Below are positions 33,039 to 36,017 of a stretch of 36,017 bases of DNA, one piece after another. This stretch comes from an archaeon (GTDB taxonomy: Archaea > Nanobdellota > Nanobdellia > SCGC-AAA011-G17 > GW2011-AR17). The position numbers and the translations under genes are program-made. Within the stretch, counting starts at the first letter, position 1. Each line of letters opens with the position of its first letter. Location of the stretch: NCBI GenBank assembly GCA_023245755.1, contig JAHFJQ010000001.1:1-36017 (forward strand). Reading direction: 5' to 3'. The notes under the pieces are model-generated. The model ran no database searches. It saw nothing but the letters and a program-made list of their open reading frames with translations, and was not told the DNA's origin.

Positions 33039-35585
33039 TTAAAGAATATGCTTCTGCAACATCTTCTGAAGCTCAAAGAAAACAAATCCTGACGCAGCAA
33101 GAGGAAGGATAAGCATCCAGTCATAAACAGTCAAAGGCACCAAGGAAAAATAACTCGCTAAGGGAGTGTACAATAACACTAACTGAAGAAGGAAAGAAAA
33201 AAGCACAGCCCCATACAAATATCCATTTGCATCAAGAGAGAAAAAAGAATGCTCATCAGAACGAGATGCAAAGACAATAAAGAGCTCAAACAAAATCAAG
33301 GCTGTAAAACACACCGTCCGTGCCTTATCCAAATCTCCATACTGAGAATACCATAAGAAGAGCCCTAAAGTCACAGCTACAGACAGAAGTGTAGAAACGA
33401 AAAAGAAAGAATGCATACGCGAAAAGAAACTTTCTTTAGGATCTCTTGGCTTTTTTTGCATGATGCCTTTTTCAGCAGGATCAAGCCCCAAAGCTAAAGC
33501 AGGAAAACTATCCGTAACAAGATTTATCCAAAGTAATTGTAAGGGAAGCAGGGGCAAGGGAAGAGCAAGAACAAGAGCTAAGAAAACAAGAGCAACTTCA
33601 CCCAAGTTTGCAGCAATAAGATATTTAATAAATTTTTGGATATTTGCATAAATAACTCTTCCTTCTTCAACAGCAGCAACAATAGTTGCAAAGTTATCAT
33701 CTAAAAGAATAAGATCAGAAACATCCTTAGAAACATCCGTACCCTTCATATTCATTGCAACGCCCACATTTGCCTGTTTCAGTGCAGGAGCATCATTTAC
33801 ACCATCACCAGTCATTGCAACAATTTCTCCATTCGCCTGTAAAGCTTTTAAAATTCGTGCTTTATGTAAAGAATTTACTCGTGCGTAGATAGAAACATGG
33901 CGAGCAACTTTTCGTAATGCAGTATCAGAAAATGCATCAAGAGAACTTCCAGAAAGAGCTTCACCAACAATTCCAATTTGTGTAGCAACAGCACGAGCAG
34001 TAAGTTCATGATCACCTGTAATCATAACGCAGCGAATTCCAGCCTTTGTACACAGTGCAATGGCACCTTTCACTTCTGATCTCGCAGGATCCATCATTCC
34101 TACAAGTCCCACAAAACAAAGGTCTTTTTTTCCATAGGCAAAGGCAAGGACACGAAGTGCTTTTTGAGAGAACTCTTTATTTGTATGAAGAATCATTTTT
34201 TTATCTTGAGAAGTAATCTTTCGAATCTTTCCATCAATCTCAATAGAAGAACATTTACTAAGAACCACTTCAAGCGCTCCTTTCATATAGATAATCCCTT
34301 CTTTATCAGTCACAGTCATAAACTTCAAATCTGAAGAGAAAGGAACCTCAGAAACTCTATCCAAGGCAGCAACGCCTCCTTTAGCAGCAAGCACTTGCAA
34401 AGCTCTTTCTGTAGGGTCCCCAAGATCAAGCGTTGCATTATTACAACTCGTAGCAATCAATAACAAAGAACGGACATCTTTCTCTGTCTTCTTTCCTCGC
34501 AATAAAATATCTCCTTTAAGAGAATATCCTGAGCCTGTAACAGTATACTCTCGAAAAGAATGATACAAATGAGTGACAGTCATCTCATTCTTAGTCAAAG
34601 TTCCCGTCTTATCACTACAAATAACACTGACACTGCCTAAAGTCTCCACAGATTTTAGCTTGCGTATCAATGCTTTCCTTTTGAGCATTCTTCGTAGTCC
34701 CAAAGCAAGAGTAATAATCACCACTGCAGGCAAACCTTCTGGAATGGCAGCAACAGCCAAACTCACCGAAAGAAGAAACATCTCAACAAGGGCAAATCCC
34801 TCATACAAGCCTATACCAAAGATCAAAATACAAATAATAAGAACAAGAAAAGTAAGAACTTTCCCAATTTCTTTGAGTTTTTTCTGCAAAGGAGTTTCTT
34901 CTTGTTCAATAGTATCTAGTGCCTGTGCAATTTTTCCCAGTTCCGTACGCATTCCTGTAGCCACAACAAGAGCTCTTGCCTTTCCACGAACAAGGATAGT
35001 CCCAGCAAAAAGCATATTGCTTTGATCACCTAAAACAAGCTTCTCTTTTTTCAAGGTTTCAACTGTTTTTTTTACTGCTTTTGACTCTCCTGTAAGAGAT
35101 GCTTCATCAACTTCACAATCTACAAGAGAAAAAACACGACAATCTGCAGGAACCTTATCCCCTTCTTCAAGAATAAGAACATCCCCTGGAACAAGCGTAT
35201 CACTATGAACCAGAACATCTTTACCATCACGTAAAACACGAGAAGTATATTCTCTCATTTTTTGAAGAAGTTGGATGGCTTTTTCTGCTTTATACTCCTG
35301 AAACAAACCAAAGCCTGCATCAAAAAGAATCACAACAAGAATAATGACTGCATCAATAATATTACCAATAAAGAAAGAAACAATACATGCAAAAAGAAGA
35401 ACATAAATCAGAGGATCATGAATTTGATGGAAAAATAATTGAAAGAAGGATATTTTCTTTTCATGAGTAAGAGTATTTAGTCCATAATGTTGTAAACGTT
35501 TTCTTGCCTCTGCTGAAGATAATCCCTTCTCAGTTGTTTTCAAATCTTTAAAGATTGTTTGAACATCCTCTTGATAGAAAACCAT
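33039..35585 (-). CDS. P-type cation-transporting ATPase, P2A (Ca2+-ATPase-like)
   Basis: TGES, ICSDKTGTLT, M4 motif IPEGLPAVV, KGALE, MITGDH, TGDGVNDAPALK. The ORF is open from TTG 35597. The ATG at 35585 sits about 25 nt downstream of a TATA-like box and is the likelier start. Confidence 0.9.
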   Translation of the reverse strand: MVFYQEDVQTIFKDLKTTEKGLSSAEARKRLQHYGLNTLTHEKKISFFQLFFHQIHDPLIYVLLFACIVSFFIGNIIDAVIILVVILFDAGFGLFQEYKAEKAIQLLQKMREYTSRVLRDGKDVLVHSDTLVPGDVLILEEGDKVPADCRVFSLVDCEVDEASLTGESKAVKKTVETLKKEKLVLGDQSNMLFAGTILVRGKARALVVATGMRTELGKIAQALDTIEQEETPLQKKLKEIGKVLTFLVLIICILIFGIGLYEGFALVEMFLLSVSLAVAAIPEGLPAVVIITLALGLRRMLKRKALIRKLKSVETLGSVSVICSDKTGTLTKNEMTVTHLYHSFREYTVTGSGYSLKGDILLRGKKTEKDVRSLLLIATSCNNATLDLGDPTERALQVLAAKGGVAALDRVSEVPFSSDLKFMTVTDKEGIIYMKGALEVVLSKCSSIEIDGKIRKITSQDKKMILHTNKEFSQKALRVLAFAYGKKDLCFVGLVGMMDPARSEVKGAIALCTKAGIRCVMITGDHELTARAVATQIGIVGEALSGSSLDAFSDTALRKVARHVSIYARVNSLHKARILKALQANGEIVAMTGDGVNDAPALKQANVGVAMNMKGTDVSKDVSDLILLDDNFATIVAAVEEGRVIYANIQKFIKYLIAANLGEVALVFLALVLALPLPLLPLQLLWINLVTDSFPALALGLDPAEKGIMQKKPRDPKESFFSRMHSFFFVSTLLSVAVTLGLFLWYSQYGDLDKARTVCFTALILFELFIVFASRSDEHSFFSLDANGYLYGAVLFSFLLQLVLLYTPLASYFSLVPLTVYDWMLILPLAASGFVFFELQKMLQKHIL

Positions 35586-35637
35586 GAAAAGAAACAAGGA
35601 AAGAAAATTTATAAAACTATTGCCAAAAAAGAAAAAA

Positions 35638-36017
35638 TTATTTCCTTTTTTTAGGAGAGCTATTTTTTCTAAAATGCCAATACATTATTCCTACCAAAAG
35701 GAGCAGGCCTACTCCTCCAAGGATCCAAGGTAAAAAACTTTCAGAGTCGTATTCTGCTGCATGAAATCTTGTCCTTAATGATGATGAAGTACTCCTCGTT
35801 GTTGCAGATGTACAAACCCCTGCAGAACAGGTAGAACCGGTACCAACGTCTGTTGCACAATCCCTAACAGTATAATACCAATGGGTGGAATCAGAACAAT
35901 AATATTCCAAGAGCTTTCCTACTTGAGAACCAGCCGTTCCACAGGAATCAGTATGAGCACTAGAATAAGGATAACTTGTTCCCTTAAGGGTTCCACCTGA
36001 AACAGTCCCTACAGTAG
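35638..36017 (-). CDS. Paralog of 32527..32958: Cys-rich secreted protein with LPWIL anchor (5' end beyond window)
   Basis: The track starts it at TTG 35910, but the frame stays open to the window end (checked codon by codon). ...LKGTSYPYSSAHTDSCGTAGSQVGKLLEYYCSDS...CSAGVC...EYDSESFLPWILGGVGLLLLVGIMYWHFRKNSSPKKRK. Confidence 0.6.
   Translation of the reverse strand, partial: TVGTVSGGTLKGTSYPYSSAHTDSCGTAGSQVGKLLEYYCSDSTHWYYTVRDCATDVGTGSTCSAGVCTSATTRSTSSSLRTRFHAAEYDSESFLPWILGGVGLLLLVGIMYWHFRKNSSPKKRK

Noticed and set aside
1-36017. CRISPR arrays, rRNA genes, transposases
   Set aside because: No regularly spaced direct repeats, no rRNA-like conserved stretches, and no DDE or serine/tyrosine recombinase motifs were seen in any long ORF.

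Overview
AT-rich archaeal chromosomal segment with about 40 tightly packed genes. The archaeal assignment is an inference from gene content: an RtcB ligase carrying an intein, archease, archaeal-type ProRS, archaeal uS2 next to enolase, two intron-containing tRNA-Leu genes, and TATA-box promoters. The small, shortened proteins suggest a DPANN-like lineage, but that is only a guess.

Housekeeping genes: proS, glmS, trmI, a PIN-ATPase-KH protein, rtcB plus archease, rps2, eno, tRNA-Leu(CAA), tRNA-Leu(UAA) and tRNA-Arg(CCU).

Envelope and transport genes: MscS, DedA, a ZIP transporter with a divergent Fur/Zur regulator, a P-type Ca2+-ATPase-like pump, an M6 metalloprotease, and a PIG-L/LmbE deacetylase coupled to a glycosyltransferase.

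Most interesting regions:
1. 26.6-30.3 kb: a divergent five-gene extracytoplasmic thiol/metal redox cluster. It contains CcdA, a DoxX/MauE-like protein, a His-rich Cys-cluster protein, a poly-Ser miniprotein and a protein with three CxxC thioredoxin-fold modules. Two adjacent proteins in it end in the same C-terminal motif, LP(G/S)MVGGC.
2. 32.5-36.0 kb: two Cys-rich secreted paralogs flank the P-type ATPase and share a nearly invariant LPWIL...YWHF plus basic-tail C-terminal anchor.
3. 1-1.9 kb: a bacterial-style envelope operon, an OmpA-like/vWA lipoprotein followed by a beta-lactamase-like serine hydrolase. The second gene is truncated by the window edge and is absent from the ORF track.
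4. A palindromic TTCTGAAAAT-N-TTTCA motif recurs at four or five intergenic sites. One copy belongs to an orphan tRNA-Leu-type promoter that points antisense into the rtcB 3' end.
5. An apparent 7-nt insertion/frameshift at the 5' end of the LmbE-like gene.

No CRISPR array, transposase or integrase was seen.
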